Source of the DNA: Auanema rhodensis
Lineage: Eukaryota; Animalia; Nematoda
Reading direction: 5' to 3'
Length of the DNA stretch: 64,000 nt
NCBI GenBank assembly: GCA_964057225.1
Contig: OZ059899.1
Span: forward strand, 2,790,001-2,854,000
Positions 48,101 through 63,900 of the stretch are shown one piece after another (position 1 is the stretch's first letter; each line of letters starts with the position of its first letter). The position numbers and the translations under genes were made by a program. Below the pieces are notes generated by a model. That model made no database searches. It worked only from the letters and a program-made list of their open reading frames with translations, and was not told the origin of the DNA.

Positions 48101-51100
48101 TGTATTAAGCGTTTCTCAATGTAGTATAGTGCATTCGATGCGGATTTTTAAGCTGCGTCGATCTGTGTTATCAGAATTGCGCTAGCTTAAAAATGCACCG
48201 AGATATCAACTGATATAAGTTCACACTTATATCCTCGATTTTCACCCTGAAGAATTAATTTTTTCGTTGAATAACATTGTCCATCGTCTTTGCCTTGAAA
48301 AATGGAATCTAAAAACATCTACTTTTTGCTAAATTATTTTGAAATTTTTCGAAAAAATTTTTGTCAAAATGTTTTTGGAAGCAATGTTGAGTGTACATGG
48401 AAACTCAACATACACTAATGCATCATTTTTCAAACGATCATAACTAATTTTTGTATTAAGCGTTTCTCAATGTAGTATAGTGCATTCGATGCGGATTTTT
48501 AAGCTGCGTCGATCTGTGTTATCAGAATTGCGCTAGCTTAAAAATGCACCGAGATATCAACTGATATAAGTTCACACTTATATCCTCGATTTTCACCCTG
48601 AAGAATTAATTTTTTCGTTGAATAACATTGTCCATCGTCTTTGCCTTGAAAAATGGAATCTAAAAACATCTACTTTTTGCTAAATTATTTTGAAATTTTT
48701 CGAAAAAATTTTTGTCAAAATGTTTTTGGAAGCAATGTTGAGTGTACATGGAAACTCAACATACACTAATGCATCATTTTTCAAACGATCATAACTAATT
48801 TTTGTATCAAGCGTTTCTGAATGTAGTATAGTGCATTCGATGCGGATTTTTAAGCTGCGTCGATCTGTGTTATCAGATTTGCGCTAGCTTAAAAATGCAC
48901 CGAGATATCAACTGATATAAGTTCACACTTATATCCTCGATTTTCACCCTGAAGAATTAATTTTTTCGTTGAATAACATTGTCCATCGTCTTTGCCTTGA
49001 AAAAAGGAATCTAAAAACATCTACTTTTTGCTAAATTATTTTGAAATTTTTCGAAAAAATTTTTGTCAAAATGTTTTTGGAAGCAATGTTGAGTGTACAT
49101 GGAAACTCAACATACACTAATGCATCATTTTTCAAACGATCATAACTAATTTTTTTATCAAGCGTTTCTCTATGTAGTATAGTGCATTCGATGCGGATTT
49201 TTAAGCTGCGTCGATCTGTGTTATCAGATTTGCGCTAGCTTAAAAATGCATCGAGATATCAACTGATATAAGTTCACACTTATATCCTCGATTTTCACCC
49301 TGAAGAATTAATTTTTTCGTTGAATAACATTGTCCATCGTCTTTGCCTTGAAAAATGAAATCTAAAAACATCTACTTTTTGCTAAATTATTCTGAAATTT
49401 TTCGAAAAAAGTTTTGTCAAAATGTTTTTGGAAGCAATGTTGAGTGTACATGGAAACTCAACATACACTAATGCATCATTTTTCAAACGATCATAACTAA
49501 TTTGTGTATTAAGCGTTTCTCAATGTAGTATAGTGCATTCGATGCGGATTTTTAAGCTGCGTCGATCTGTGTTATCAGATTTGCGCTAGCTTAAAAATGC
49601 ACCGAGATATCAACTGATATAAGTTCACACTTATATCCTCGATTTTCACCCTGAAGAATTAATTTTTTCGTTGAATAACATTGTCTATCGTCTTTGCCTT
49701 GAAAAATGGAATCTAAAAACATCTACTTTTTGCTAAATTATTTTGAAATTTTTCGAAAAAATTTTTGTCAAAATGTTTTTGGAAGCAATGTTGAGTGTAC
49801 ATGGAAACTTAACATACACTAATGCATCATTTTTCAAACGATCATAACTAATTTTTGTATTAAGCGTTTCTCAATGTAGTATAGTGCATTCGATGCGGAT
49901 TTTTAAGCTGCGTCGATCTGTGTTATCAGATTTGCGCTAGCTTAAAAATGCACCGAGATATCAACTGATATAAGTTCACACTTATATCCTCGATTTTCAC
50001 CCTGAAGAATTAATTTTTTCGTTGAATAACATTGTCCATCGTCTTTGCCTTGAAAAATGGAATCTAAAAACATCTACTTTTTGCTAAATTATTTTGAAAT
50101 TTTTCAATAAAATTTTTGTCAAAATGTTTTTGGAAGCAATGTTGAGTGTACATGGAAACTCAACATACACTAATGCATCATTTTTCAAACGATCATAACT
50201 AATTTTTGTATTAAACGTTTCTCAATGTAGTATAGTGCATTCGATGCGGATTTTTAAGCTGCGTCGATCTGTGTTATCAGATTTGCGCTAGCTTAAAAAT
50301 GCACCGAGATATCAACTGATATAAGTTCACACTTATATCCTCGATTTTCACCCTGAAGAATTAATTTTTTCGTTGAATAACATTGTCCATCGTTTTTGCC
50401 TTGAAAAATGGAATCTAAAAACATCTACTTTTTGCTAAATTATTTTGAAATTTTTCGAAAAAATTTTTGTCAAAATGTTTTTGGAAGCAATGTTGAGTGT
50501 ACATGGAAACTCAACATACACTAATGCATCATTTTTCAAACGATCATAACTAATTTTTGTATCAAGCGTTTCTCTATGTAGTATAGTGCATTCGATGCGG
50601 ATTTTTAAGCTGCGTCGATCTGTGTTATCAGATTTGCGCTAGCTTAAAAATGCATCGAGATATCAACTGATATAAGTTCACACTTATATCCTCGATTTTC
50701 ACCCTGAAGAATTAATTTTTTCGTTGAATAACATTGTCCATCGTCTTTGCCTTGAAAAATGGAATCTAAAAACATCTACTTTTTGCTAAATTATTTTGAA
50801 ATTTTTCGAAAAAAGTTTTGTCAAAATGTTTTTGGAAGCAATGTTGAGTGTACATGGAAACTCAACATACACTAATGCATCATTTTTCAAACGATCATAA
50901 CTAATTTGTGTATTAAGCGTTTCTCAATGTAGTATAGTGCATTCGATGCGGATTTTTAAGCTGCGTCGATCTGTGTTATCAGATTTGCGCTAGCTTAAAA
51001 ATGCACCGAGATATCAACTGATATAAGTTCACACTTATATCCTCGATTTTCACCCTGAAGAATTAATTTTTTCGTTGAATAACATTGTCTATCGTCTTTG

Positions 51101-54100
51101 CCTTGAAAAATGGAATCTAAAAACATCTACTTTTTGCTAAATTATTTTGAAATTTTTCGAAAAAATTTTTGTCAAAATGTTTTTGGAAGCAATGTTGAGT
51201 GTACATGGAAACTTAACATACACTAATGCATCATTTTTCAAACGATCATAACTAATTTTTGTATTAAGCGTTTCTTAATGTAGTATAGTGCATTCGATGC
51301 GGATTTTTAAGCTGCGTCGATCTGTGTTATCAGATTTGCGCTAGCTTAAAAATGCACCGAGATATCAACTGATATAAGTTCACACTTATATTCTCGATTT
51401 TCACCCTGAAGAATTAATTTTTTTGTTGAATAACATTGTCCATCGTCTTTGCCTTGAAAAATGGAATCTAAAAACATCTACTTTTTGCTAAATTATTTTG
51501 AAATTTTTCGAAAAAATTTTTGTCAAAATGTTTTTGGAAGCAATGTTGAGTGTACATGGAAACTCAACATACACTAATGCATCATTTTTCAAACGATCAT
51601 AACTAATTTGTGTATTAAGCGTTTCTCAATGTAGTATAATGCATTCGATGCGGATTTTTAAGCTGCGTCGATCTGTGTTATCAGATTTGCGCTAGCTTAA
51701 AAATGCACCGAGATATCAACTGATATAAGTTCACACTTATATCCTCGATTTTCACCCTGAAGAATTAATTTTTTCGTTGAATAACATTGTCTATCGTCTT
51801 TGCCTTGAAAAATGGAATCTAAAAACATCTACTTTTTGCTAAATTATTTTGAAATTTTTCGAAAAAATTTTTGTCAAAATGTTTTTGGAAGCAATGTTGA
51901 GTGTACATGGAAACTCAACATACACTAATGCATCATTTTTCAAACGATCATAACTAATTTGTGTATCAAGCGTTTCTTGATGTAGTATAGTGCATTCGAT
52001 GCGGATTTTTAAGCTGCGACGAGCTGTGTTATCAGATTTGCGCTAGCTTAAAAATGCACCGAGATATCAACTGATATAAGTTCACACTTATATCCTCGAT
52101 TTTCACCCTGAAGAATTAATTTTTTCGTTGAATAACATTGTCTATCGTCTTTGCCTTGAAAAATGGAATCTAAAAACATCTACTTTTTGCTAAATTATTT
52201 TGAAATTTTTCGAAAAAATTTTTGTCAAAATGTTTTTGGAAGCAATGTTGAGTGTACATGGAAACTCAACATACACTAATGCATCATTTTTCAAACGATC
52301 ATAACTAATTTTTGTATCAAGCGTTTCTTGATGTAGTATAGTGCATTCGATGCGGATTTTTAAGCTGCGTCGATCTGTGTTATCAGATTTGCGCTAGCTT
52401 AAAAATGCACCGAGATATCAACTGATATAAGTTCACACCTATATCCTCGATTTTCACCCTGAAGAATTAATTTTTTCGTTGAATAACATTGTCTATCGTC
52501 TTTGCCTTGAAAAATGGAATCTAAAAACATCTACTTTTTGCTAAATTATTTTGAAATTTTTCGAAAAAATTTTTGTCAAAATGTTTTTGGAAGCAATGTT
52601 GAGTGTACATGGAAACTCAACATACACTAATGCATCATTTTTCAAACGATCATAACTAATTTTTGTATCAAACGTTTCTTGATGTAGTATAGTGCATTCG
52701 ATGCGGATTTTTAAGCTGCGTCGATCTGTGTTATCAGATTTGCGCTAGCTTAAAAATGCACCGAGATATCAACTGATATAAGTTCACACTTATATCCTCG
52801 AGTTTCACCCTGAAGAATTAATTTTTTCGTTGAATAACATTGTCCATCGTCTTTGCCTTAAGAAAAGGAATCTAAAAACATCTACTTTTTGCTAAATTAT
52901 TTTGAAATTTTTCGAAAAAATTTTTGTCAAAATGTTTTTGGAAGCAATGTTGTGTGTACATGGAAACTCAACATACACTAATGCATCATTTTTCAAACGA
53001 TCATAACTAATTTTTGTATCAAGCGTTTCTTGATGTAGTATAGTGCATTCGATGCGGATTTTTAAGCTGCGTCGATCTGTGTTATCAGATTTGCGCTAGC
53101 TTAAAAATGCACCGAGATATCAACTGATATAAGTTCACACCTATATCCTCGATTTTCACCCTGAAGAATTAATTTTTTCGTTGAATAACATTGTCCATCG
53201 TCTTTGCCTTAAGAAAAGGAATCTAAAAACATCTACTTTTTGCTAAATTATTTTGAAATTTTTCGAAAAAATTTTTGTCAAAATGTTTTTGGAAGCAATG
53301 TTGTGTGTACATGGAAACTCAACATACACTAATGCATCATTTTTCAAACGATCATAACTAATTTTTGTATCAAGCGTTTCTTGATGTAGTATAGTGCATT
53401 CGATGCGGATTTTTAAGCTGCGTCGATCTGTGTTATCAGATTTGCGCTAGCTTAAAAATGCACCGAGATATCAACTGATATAAGTTCACACCTATATCCT
53501 CGATTTTCACCCTGAAGAATTAATTTTTTCGTTGAATAACATTGTCTATCGTCTTTGCCTTGAAAAATGGAATCTAAAAACATCTACTTTTTGCTAAATT
53601 ATTTTGAAATTTTTCGAAAAAATTTTTGTCAAAATGTTTTTGGAAGCAATGTTGAGTGTACATGGAAACTCAACATACACTAATGCATCATTTTTCAAAC
53701 GATCATAACTAATTTTTGTATCAAGCGTTTCTTGATGTAGTATAGTGCATTCGATGCGGATTTTTAAGCTGCGTCGATCTGTGTTATCAGATTTGCGCTA
53801 GCTTAAAAATGCACCGAGATATCAACTGATATAAGTTCACACCTATATCCTCGATTTTCACCCTGAAGAATTAATTTTTTCGTTGAATAACATTGTCCAT
53901 CGTCTTTGCCTTAAGAAAAGGAATCTAAAAACATCTACTTTTTGCTAAATTATTTTGAAATTTTTCGAAAAAATTTTTGTCAAAATGTTTTTGGAAGCAA
54001 TGTTGTGTGTACATGGAAACTCAACATACACTAATGCATCATTTTTCAAACGATCATAACTAATTTTTGTATCAAGCGTTTCTTGATGTAGTATAGTGCA

Positions 54101-54999
54101 TTCGATGCGGATTTTTAAGCTGCGTCGATCTGTGTTATCAGATTTGCGCTAGCTTAAAAATGCACCGAGATATCAACTGATATAAGTTCACACCTATATC
54201 CTCGATTTTCACCCTGAAGAATTAATTTTTTCGTTGAATAACATTGTCTATCGTCTTTGCCTTGAAAAATGGAATCTAAAAACATCTACTTTTTGCTAAA
54301 TTATTTTGAAATTTTTCGAAAAAATTTTTGTCAAAATGTTTTTGGAAGCAATGTTGAGTGTACATGGAAACTCAACATACACTAATGCATCATTTTTCAA
54401 ACGATCATAACTAATTTTTGTATCAAGCGTTTCTTGATGTAGTATAGTGCATTCGATGCGGATTTTTAAGCTGCGTCGATCTGTGTTATCAGATTTGCGC
54501 TAGCTTAAAAATGCACCGAGATATCAACTGATATAAGTTCACACCTATATCCTCGATTTTCACCCTGAAGAATTAATTTTTTCGTTGAATAACATTGTCC
54601 ATCGTCTTTGCTTTAAGAAAAGGAATCTAAAAACATCTACTTTTTGCTAAATTATTTTGAAATTTTTCGAAAAAATTTTTGTCAAAATGTTTTTGGAAGC
54701 AATGTTGAGTGTACATGGAAACTCAACATACACTAATGCATCATTTTTCAAACGATCATAACTAATTTGTGTATTAAGCGTTTCTCAATGTAGTATAGTG
54801 CATTCGATGCGGATTTTTAAGCTGCGTCGATCTGTGTTATCAGATTTGCGCTAGCTTAAAAATGCACCGAGATATCAACTGATATAAGTTCACACTTATA
54901 TCCTCGATTTTCACCCTGAAGAATTAATTTTTTCGTTGAATAACATTGTCTATCGTCTTTGCCTTGAAAAATGGAATCTAAAAACATCTACTTTTTGCT

Positions 55000-56870
55000 A
55001 AATTATTTTGAAATTTTTCGAAAAAATTTTTGTCAAAATGTTTTTGGAAGCAATGTTGAGTGTACATGGAAACTCAACATACACTAATGCATCATTTTTC
55101 AAACGATCATAACTAATTTGTGTATTAAGCGTTTCTCAATGTAGTATAGTGCATTCGATGCGGATTTTTAAGCTGCGTCGATCTGTGTTATCAGATTTGC
55201 GCTAGCTTAAAAATGCACCGAGATATCAACTGATATAAGTTCACACTTATATCCTCGAGTTTCACCCTGAAGAATTAATTTTTTCGTTGAATAACATTGT
55301 CCATCGTCTTTGCCTTAAGAAAAGGAATCTGAAAACATCTACTTTTTGCTAAATTATTTTGAAATTTTTCGAAAAAATTTTTGTCAAAATGTTTTTGGAA
55401 GCAATGTTGTGTGTACATGGAAACTCAACATACACTAATGCATCATTTTTCAAACGATCATAACTAATTTTTGTATTAAGCGTTTCTCAATGTAGTATAG
55501 TGCATTCGATGCGGATTGTTGAGCTGCGTCGATCTGTGTTATCAGATTTGCGCTAGCTTAAAAATGCACCGAGATATCAACTGATATAAGTTCACACTTA
55601 TATCCTCGATTTTCACCCTGAAGAATTAATTTTTTCGTTGAATAACAGTGTCTATCGTCTTTGCCTTGAAAAATGGAATCTAAAAACATCTACTTTTTGC
55701 TAAATTATTTTGAAATTTTTCGAAAAAATTTTTGTCAAAATGTTTTTGGAAGCAATGTTGAGTGTACATGGAAACTCAACATACACTAATGCATCATTTT
55801 TCAAACGATCATAACTAATTTGTGTATTAAGCGTTTCTCAATGTAGTATAGTGCATTCGATGCGGATTTTTAAGCTGCGTCGATCTGTGTTATCAGATTT
55901 GCGCTAGCTTAAAAATGCACCGAGATATCAACTGATATAAGTTCACACTTATATCCTCGAGTTTCACCCTGAAGAATTAATTTTTTCGTTGAATAACATT
56001 GTCCATCGTCTTTGCCTTAAGAAAAGGAATCTGAAAACATCTACTTTTTGCTAAATTATTTTGAAATTTTTCGAAAAAATTTTTGTCAAAATGTTTTTGG
56101 AAGCAATGTTGTGTGTACATGGAAACTCAACATACACTAATGCATCATTTTTCAAACGATCATAACTAATTTTTGTATTAAGCGTTTCTCAATGTAGTAT
56201 AGTGCATTCGATGCGGATTGTTGAGCTGCGTCGATCTGTGTTATCAGATTTGCGCTAGCTTAAAAATGCACCGAGATATCAACTGATATAAGTTCACACT
56301 TATATCCTCGATTTTCACCCTGAAGAATTAATTTTTTCGTTGAATAACAGTGTCTATCGTCTTTGCCTTGAAAAATGGAATCTAAAAACATCTACTTTTT
56401 GCTAAATTATTTTGAAATTTTTCGAAAAAATTTTTGTCAAAATGTTTTTGGAAGCAATGTTGAGTGTACATGGAAACTCAACATACACTAATGCATCATT
56501 TTTCAAACGATCATAACTAATTTGTGTATTAAGCGTTTCTCAATGTAGTATAGTGCATTCGATGCGGATTTTTAAGCTGCGTCGATCTGTGTTATCAGAT
56601 TTGCGCTAGCTTAAAAATGCACCGAGATATCAACTGATATAAGTTCACACTTATATCCTCGAGTTTCACCCTGAAGAATTAATTTTTTCGTTGAATAACA
56701 TTGTCCATCGTCTTTGCCTTAAGAAAAGGAATCTGAAAACATCTACTTTTTGCTAAATTATTTTGAAATTTTTCGAAAAAATTTTTGTCAAAATGTTTTT
56801 GGAAGCAATGTTGTGTGTACATGGAAACTCAACATACACTAATGCATCATTTTTCAAACGATCATAACTA
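55000..56870. repeat. 2-monomer higher-order repeat (702 bp), about 2.5-3 copies
   Basis: CGAGTTTC variant at 55259, 55961 and 56663; GATTGTTGAGC at 55518 and 56220. Confidence 0.85.
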
Positions 56871-59800
56871 ATTTGTGTATTAAGCGTTTCTCAATGTAGT
56901 ATAGTGCATTCGATGCGGATTTTTAAGCTGCGTCGATCTGTGTTATCAGATTTGCGCTAGCTTAAAAATGCACCGAGATATCAACTGATATAAGTTCACA
57001 CTTATATCCTCGATTTTCACCCTGAAGAATTAATTTTTTCGTTGAATAACATTGTCTATCGTCTTTGCCTTGAAAAATGGAATCTAAAAACATCTACTTT
57101 TTGCTAAATTATTTTGAAATTTTTCGAAAAAATTTTTGTCAAAATGTTTTTGGAAGCAATGTTGAGTGTACATGGAAACTCAACATACACTAATGCATCA
57201 TTTTTCAAACGATCATAACTAATTTGTGTATTAAGCGTTTCTCAATGTAGTATAGTGCATTCGATGCGGATTTTTAAGCTGCGTCGATCTGTGTTATCAG
57301 ATTTGCGCTAGCTTAAAAATGCACCGAGATATCAACTGATATAAGTTCACACTTATATCCTCGAGTTTCACCCTGAAGAATTAATTTTTTCGTTGAATAA
57401 CATTGTCCATCGTCTTTGCCTTAAGAAAAGGAATCTAAAAACATCTACTTTTTGCTAAATTATTTAGAAATTTTTCGAAAAAATTTTTGTCAAAATGTTT
57501 TTGGAAGCAATGTTGTGTGTACATGGAAACTCAACATACACTAATGCATCATTTTTCAAACGATCATAACTAATTTTTGTATCAAGCGTTTCTTGATGTA
57601 ATATAGTGCATTCGATGCGGATTTTTAAGCTGCGTCGATCTGTGTTATCAGATTTGCGCTAGCTTAAAAATGCACCGAGATATCAACTGATATAAGTTCA
57701 CACCTATATCCTCGATTTTCACCCTGAAGAATTAATTTTTTCGTTGAATAACATTGTCTATCGTCTTTGCCTTGAAAAATGGAATCTAAAAACATCTACT
57801 TTTTGCTAAATTATTTTGAAATTTTTCGAAAAAATTTTTGTCAAAATGTTTTTGGAAGCAATGTTGAGTGTACATGGAAACTCAACATACACTAATGCAT
57901 CATTTTTCAAACGATCATAACTAATTTTTGTATCAAACGTTTCTTGATGTAGTATAGTGCATTCGATGCGGATTTTTAAGCTGCGTCGATCTGTGTTATC
58001 AGATTTGCGCTAGCTTAAAAATGCACCGAGATATCAACTGATATAAGTTCACACTTATATCCTCGAGTTTCACCCTGAAGAATTAATTTTTTCGTTGAAT
58101 AACATTGTCCATCGTCTTTGCCTTAAGAAAAGGAATCTAAAAACATCTACTTTTTGCTAAATTATTTTGAAATTTTTCGAAAAAATTTTTGTCAAAATGT
58201 TTTTGGAAGCAATGTTGTGTGTACATGGAAACTCAACATACACTAATGCATCATTTTTCAAACGATCATAACTAATTTTTGTATCAAGCGTTTCTTGATG
58301 TAGTATAGTGCATTCGATGCGGATTTTTAAGCTGCGTCGATCTGTGTTATCAGATTTGCGCTAGCTTAAAAATGCACCGAGATATCAACTGATATAAGTT
58401 CACACCTATATCCTCGATTTTCACCCTGAAGAATTAATTTTTTCGTTGAATAACATTGTCCATCGTCTTTGCCTTAAGAAAAGGAATCTAAAAACATCTA
58501 CTTTTTGCTAAATTATTTTGAAATTTTTCGAAAAAATTTTTGTCAAAATGTTTTTGGAAGCAATGTTGTGTGTACATGGAAACTCAACATACACTAATGC
58601 ATCATTTTTCAAACGATCATAACTAATTTTTGTATCAAGCGTTTCTTGATGTAGTATAGTGCATTCGATGCGGATTTTTAAGCTGCGTCGATCTGTGTTA
58701 TCAGATTTGCGCTAGCTTAAAAATGCACCGAGATATCAACTGATATAAGTTCACACCTATATCCTCGATTTTCACCCTGAAGAATTAATTTTTTCGTTGA
58801 ATAACATTGTCTATCGTCTTTGCCTTGAAAAATGGAATCTAAAAACATCTACTTTTTGCTAAATTATTTTGAAATTTTTCGAAAAAATTTTTGTCAAAAT
58901 GTTTTTGGAAGCAATGTTGAGTGTACATGGAAACTCAACATACACTAATGCATCATTTTTCAAACGATCATAACTAATTTTTGTATCAAGCGTTTCTTGA
59001 TGTAGTATAGTGCATTCGATGCGGATTTTTAAGCTGCGTCGATCTGTGTTATCAGATTTGCGCTAGCTTAAAAATGCACCGAGATATCAACTGATATAAG
59101 TTCACACCTATATCCTCGATTTTCACCCTGAAGAATTAATTTTTTCGTTGAATAACATTGTCCATCGTCTTTGCTTTAAGAAAAGGAATCTAAAAACATC
59201 TACTTTTTGCTAAATTATTTTGAAATTTTTCGAAAAAATTTTTGTCAAAATGTTTTTGGAAGCAATGTTGAGTGTACATGGAAACTCAACATACACTAAT
59301 GCATCATTTTTCAAACGATCATAACTAATTTGTGTATTAAGCGTTTCTCAATGTAGTATAGTGCATTCGATGCGGATTTTTAAGCTGCGTCGATCTGTGT
59401 TATCAGATTTGCGCTAGCTTAAAAATGCACCGAGATATCAACTGATATAAGTTCACACTTATATCCTCGATTTTCACCCTGAAGAATTAATTTTTTCGTT
59501 GAATAACATTGTCTATCGTCTTTGCCTTGAAAAATGGAATCTAAAAACATCTACTTTTTGCTAAATTATTTTGAAATTTTTCGAAAAAATTTTTGTCAAA
59601 ATGTTTTTGGAAGCAATGTTGAGTGTACATGGAAACTCAACATACACTAATGCATCATTTTTCAAACGATCATAACTAATTTGTGTATTAAGCGTTTCTC
59701 AATGTAGTATAGTGCATTCGATGCGGATTTTTAAGCTGCGTCGATCTGTGTTATCAGATTTGCGCTAGCTTAAAAATGCACCGAGATATCAACTGATATA

Positions 59801-61799
59801 AGTTCACACTTATATCCTCGAGTTTCACCCTGAAGAATTAATTTTTTCGTTGAATAACATTGTCCATCGTCTTTGCCTTAAGAAAAGGAATCTGAAAACA
59901 TCTACTTTTTGCTAAATTATTTTGAAATTTTTCGAAAAAATTTTTGTCAAAATGTTTTTGGAAGCAATGTTGTGTGTACATGGAAACTCAACATACACTA
60001 ATGCATCATTTTTCAAACGATCATAACTAATTTTTGTATTAAGCGTTTCTCAATGTAGTATAGTGCATTCGATGCGGATTGTTGAGCTGCGTCGATCTGT
60101 GTTATCAGATTTGCGCTAGCTTAAAAATGCACCGAGATATCAACTGATATAAGTTCACACTTGTATCCTCGATTTTCACCCTGAAGAATTAATTTTTTCG
60201 TTGAATAACAGTGTCTATCGTCTTTGCCTTGAAAAATGGAATCTAAAAACATCTACTTTTTGCTAAATTATTTTGAAATTTTTCGAAAAAATTTTTGTCA
60301 AAATGTTTTTGGAAGCAATGTTGAGTGTACATGGAAACTCAACATACACTAATGCATCATTTTTCAAACGATCATAACTAATTTGTGTATTAAGCGTTTC
60401 TCAATGTAGTATAGTGCATTCGATGCGGATTTTTAAGCTGCGTCGATCTGTGTTATCAGATTTGCGCTAGCTTAAAAATGCACCGAGATATCAACTGATA
60501 TAAGTTCACACCTATATCCTCGATTTTCACCCTGAAGAATTAATTTTTTCGTTGAATAACATTGTCCATCGTCTTTGCTTTAAGAAAAGGAATCTAAAAA
60601 CATCTACTTTTTGCTAAATTATTTTGAAATTTTTCGAAAAAATTTTTGTCAAAATGTTTTTGGAAGCAATGTTGAGTGTACATGGAAACTCAACATACAC
60701 TAATGCATCATTTTTCAAACGATCATAACTAATTTGTGTATTAAGCGTTTCTCAATGTAGTATAGTGCATTCGATGCGGATTTTTAAGCTGCGTCGATCT
60801 GTGTTATCAGATTTGCGCTAGCTTAAAAATGCACCGAGATATCAACTGATATAAGTTCACACTTATATCCTCGATTTTCACCCTGAAGAATTAATTTTTT
60901 CGTTGAATAACATTGTCTATCGTCTTTGCCTTGAAAAATGGAATCTAAAAACATCTACTTTTCGCTAAATTATTTTGAAATTTTTCGAAAAAATTTTTGT
61001 CAAAATGTTTTTGGAAGCAATGTTGAGTGTACATGGAAACTCAACATACACTAATGCATCATTTTTCAAACGATCATAACTAATTTGTGTATTAAGCGTT
61101 TCTCAATGTAGTATAGTGCATTCGATGCGGATTTTTAAGCTGCGTCGATCTGTGTTATCAGATTTGCGCTAGCTTAAAAATGCACCGAGATATCAACTGA
61201 TATAAGTTCACACTTATATCCTCGAGTTTCACCCTGAAGAATTAATTTTTTCGTTGAATAACATTGTCCATCGTCTTTGCCTTAAGAAAAGGAATCTGAA
61301 AACATCTACTTTTTGCTAAATTATTTTGAAATTTTTCGAAAAAATTTTTGTCAAAATGTTTTTGGAAGCAATGTTGTGTGTACATGGAAACTCAACATAC
61401 ACTAATGCATCATTTTTCAAACGATCATAACTAATTTTTGTATTAAGCGTTTCTCAATGTAGTATAGTGCATTCGATGCGGATTGTTGAGCTGCGTCGAT
61501 CTGTGTTATCAGATTTGCGCTAGCTTAAAAATGCACCGAGATATCAACTGATATAAGTTCACACTTATATCCTCGATTTTCACCCTGAAGAATTAATTTT
61601 TTCGTTGAATAACAGTGTCTATCGTCTTTGCCTTGAAAAATGGAATCTAAAAACATCTACTTTTTGCTAAATTATTTTGAAATTTTTCGAAAAAATTTTT
61701 GTCAAAATGTTTTTGGAAGCAATGTTGAGTGTACATGGAAACTCAACATACACTAATGCATCATTTTTCAAACGATCATAACTAATTTGTGTATTAAGC

Positions 61800-63900
61800 G
61801 TTTCTCAATGTAGTATAGTGCATTCGATGCGGATTTTTAAGCTGCGTCGATCTGTGTTATCAGATTTGCGCTAGCTTAAAAATGCACCGAGATATCAACT
61901 GATATAAGTTCACACCTATATCCTCGATTTTCACCCTGAAGAATTAATTTTTTCGTTGAATAACATTGTCTATCGTCTTTGCCTTGAAAAATGGAATCTA
62001 AAAACATCTACTTTTTGCTAAATTATTTTGAAATTTTTCGAAAAAATTTTTGTCAAAATGTTTTTGGAAGCAATGTTGAGTGTACATGGAAACTCAACAT
62101 ACACTAATGCATCATTTTTCAAACGATCATAACTAATTTTTGTATCAAGCGTTTCTTGATGTAGTATAGTGCATTCGATGCGGATTTTTAAGCTGCGTCG
62201 ATCTGTGTTATCAGATTTGCGCTAGCTTAAAAATGCACCGAGATATCAACTGATATAAGTTCACACCTATATCCTCGATTTTCACCCTGAAGAATTAATT
62301 TTTTCGTTGAATAACATTGTCCATCGTCTTTGCTTTAAGAAAAGGAATCTAAAAACATCTACTTTTTGCTAAATTATTTTGAAATTTTTCGAAAAAATTT
62401 TTGTCAAAATGTTTTTGGAAGCAATGTTGAGTGTACATGGAAACTCAACATACACTAATGCATCATTTTTCAAACGATCATAACTAATTTGTGTATTAAG
62501 CGTTTCTCAATGTAGTATAGTGCATTCGATGCGGATTTTTAAGCGGCGTCGATCTGTGTTATCAGATTTGCGCTAGCTTAACAATGCACCGAGATATCAA
62601 CTGATATAAGTTCACACTTATATCCTCGATTTTCACCCTGAAGTATTAATTTTTTCGTTGAATAACATTGTCTATCGTCTTTGCCTTGAAAAATGGAATC
62701 TAAAAACATCTACTTTTTGCTAAATTATTTTGAAATTTTTCGAAAAAATTTTTGTCAAAATGTTTTTGGAAGCAATGTTGAGTGTACATGGAAACTCAAC
62801 ATACACTAATGCATCATTTTTCAAACGATCATAACTAATTTGTGTATTAAGCGTTTCTCAATGTAGTATAGTGCATTCGATGCGGATTTTTAAGCTGCGT
62901 CGATCTGTGTTATCAGATTTGCGCTAGCTTAAAAATGCACCGAGATATCAACTGATATAAGTTCACACCTATATCCTCGATTTTCACCCTGAAGAATTAA
63001 TTTTTTCGTTGAATAACATTGTCTATCGTCTTTGCCTTGAAAAATGGAATCTAAAAACATCTACTTTTTGCTAAATTATTTTGAAATTTTTCGAAAAAAT
63101 TTTTGTCAAAATGTTTTTGGAAGCAATGTTGAGTGTACATGGAAACTCAACATACACTAATGCATCATTTTTCAAACGATCATAACTAATTTTTGTATCA
63201 AGCGTTTCTTGATGTAGTATAGTGCATTCGATGCGGATTTTTAAGCTGCGTCGATCTGTGTTATCAGATTTGCGCTAGCTTAAAAATGCACCGAGATATC
63301 AACTGATATAAGTTCACACCTATATCCTCGATTTTCACCCTGAAGAATTAATTTTTTCGTTGAATAACATTGTCCATCGTCTTTGCTTTAAGAAAAGGAA
63401 TCTAAAAACATCTACTTTTTGCTAAATTATTTTGAAATTTTTCGAAAAAATTTTTGTCAAAATGTTTTTGGAAGCAATGTTGAGTGTACATGGAAACTCA
63501 ACATACACTAATGCATCATTTTTCAAACGATCATAACTAATTTGTGTATTAAGCGTTTCTCAATGTAGTATAGTGCATTCGATGCGGATTTTTAAGCGGC
63601 GTCGATCTGTGTTATCAGATTTGCGCTAGCTTAACAATGCACCGAGATATCAACTGATATAAGTTCACACTTATATCCTCGATTTTCACCCTGAAGTATT
63701 AATTTTTTCGTTGAATAACATTGTCTATCGTCTTTGCCTTGAAAAATGGAATCTAAAAACATCTACTTTTTGCTAAATTATTTTGAAATTTTTCGAAAAA
63801 ATTTTTGTCAAAATGTTTTTGGAAGCAATGTTGAGTGTACATGGAAACTCAACATACACTAATGCATCATTTTTCAAACGATCATAACTAATTTGTGTAT
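61800..63900. repeat. 3-monomer duplication (1053 bp)
   Basis: Private variants AAGCGGCGTC, TTAACAATGC and GAAGTATT occur together near 62545 and 63598. Confidence 0.85.
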
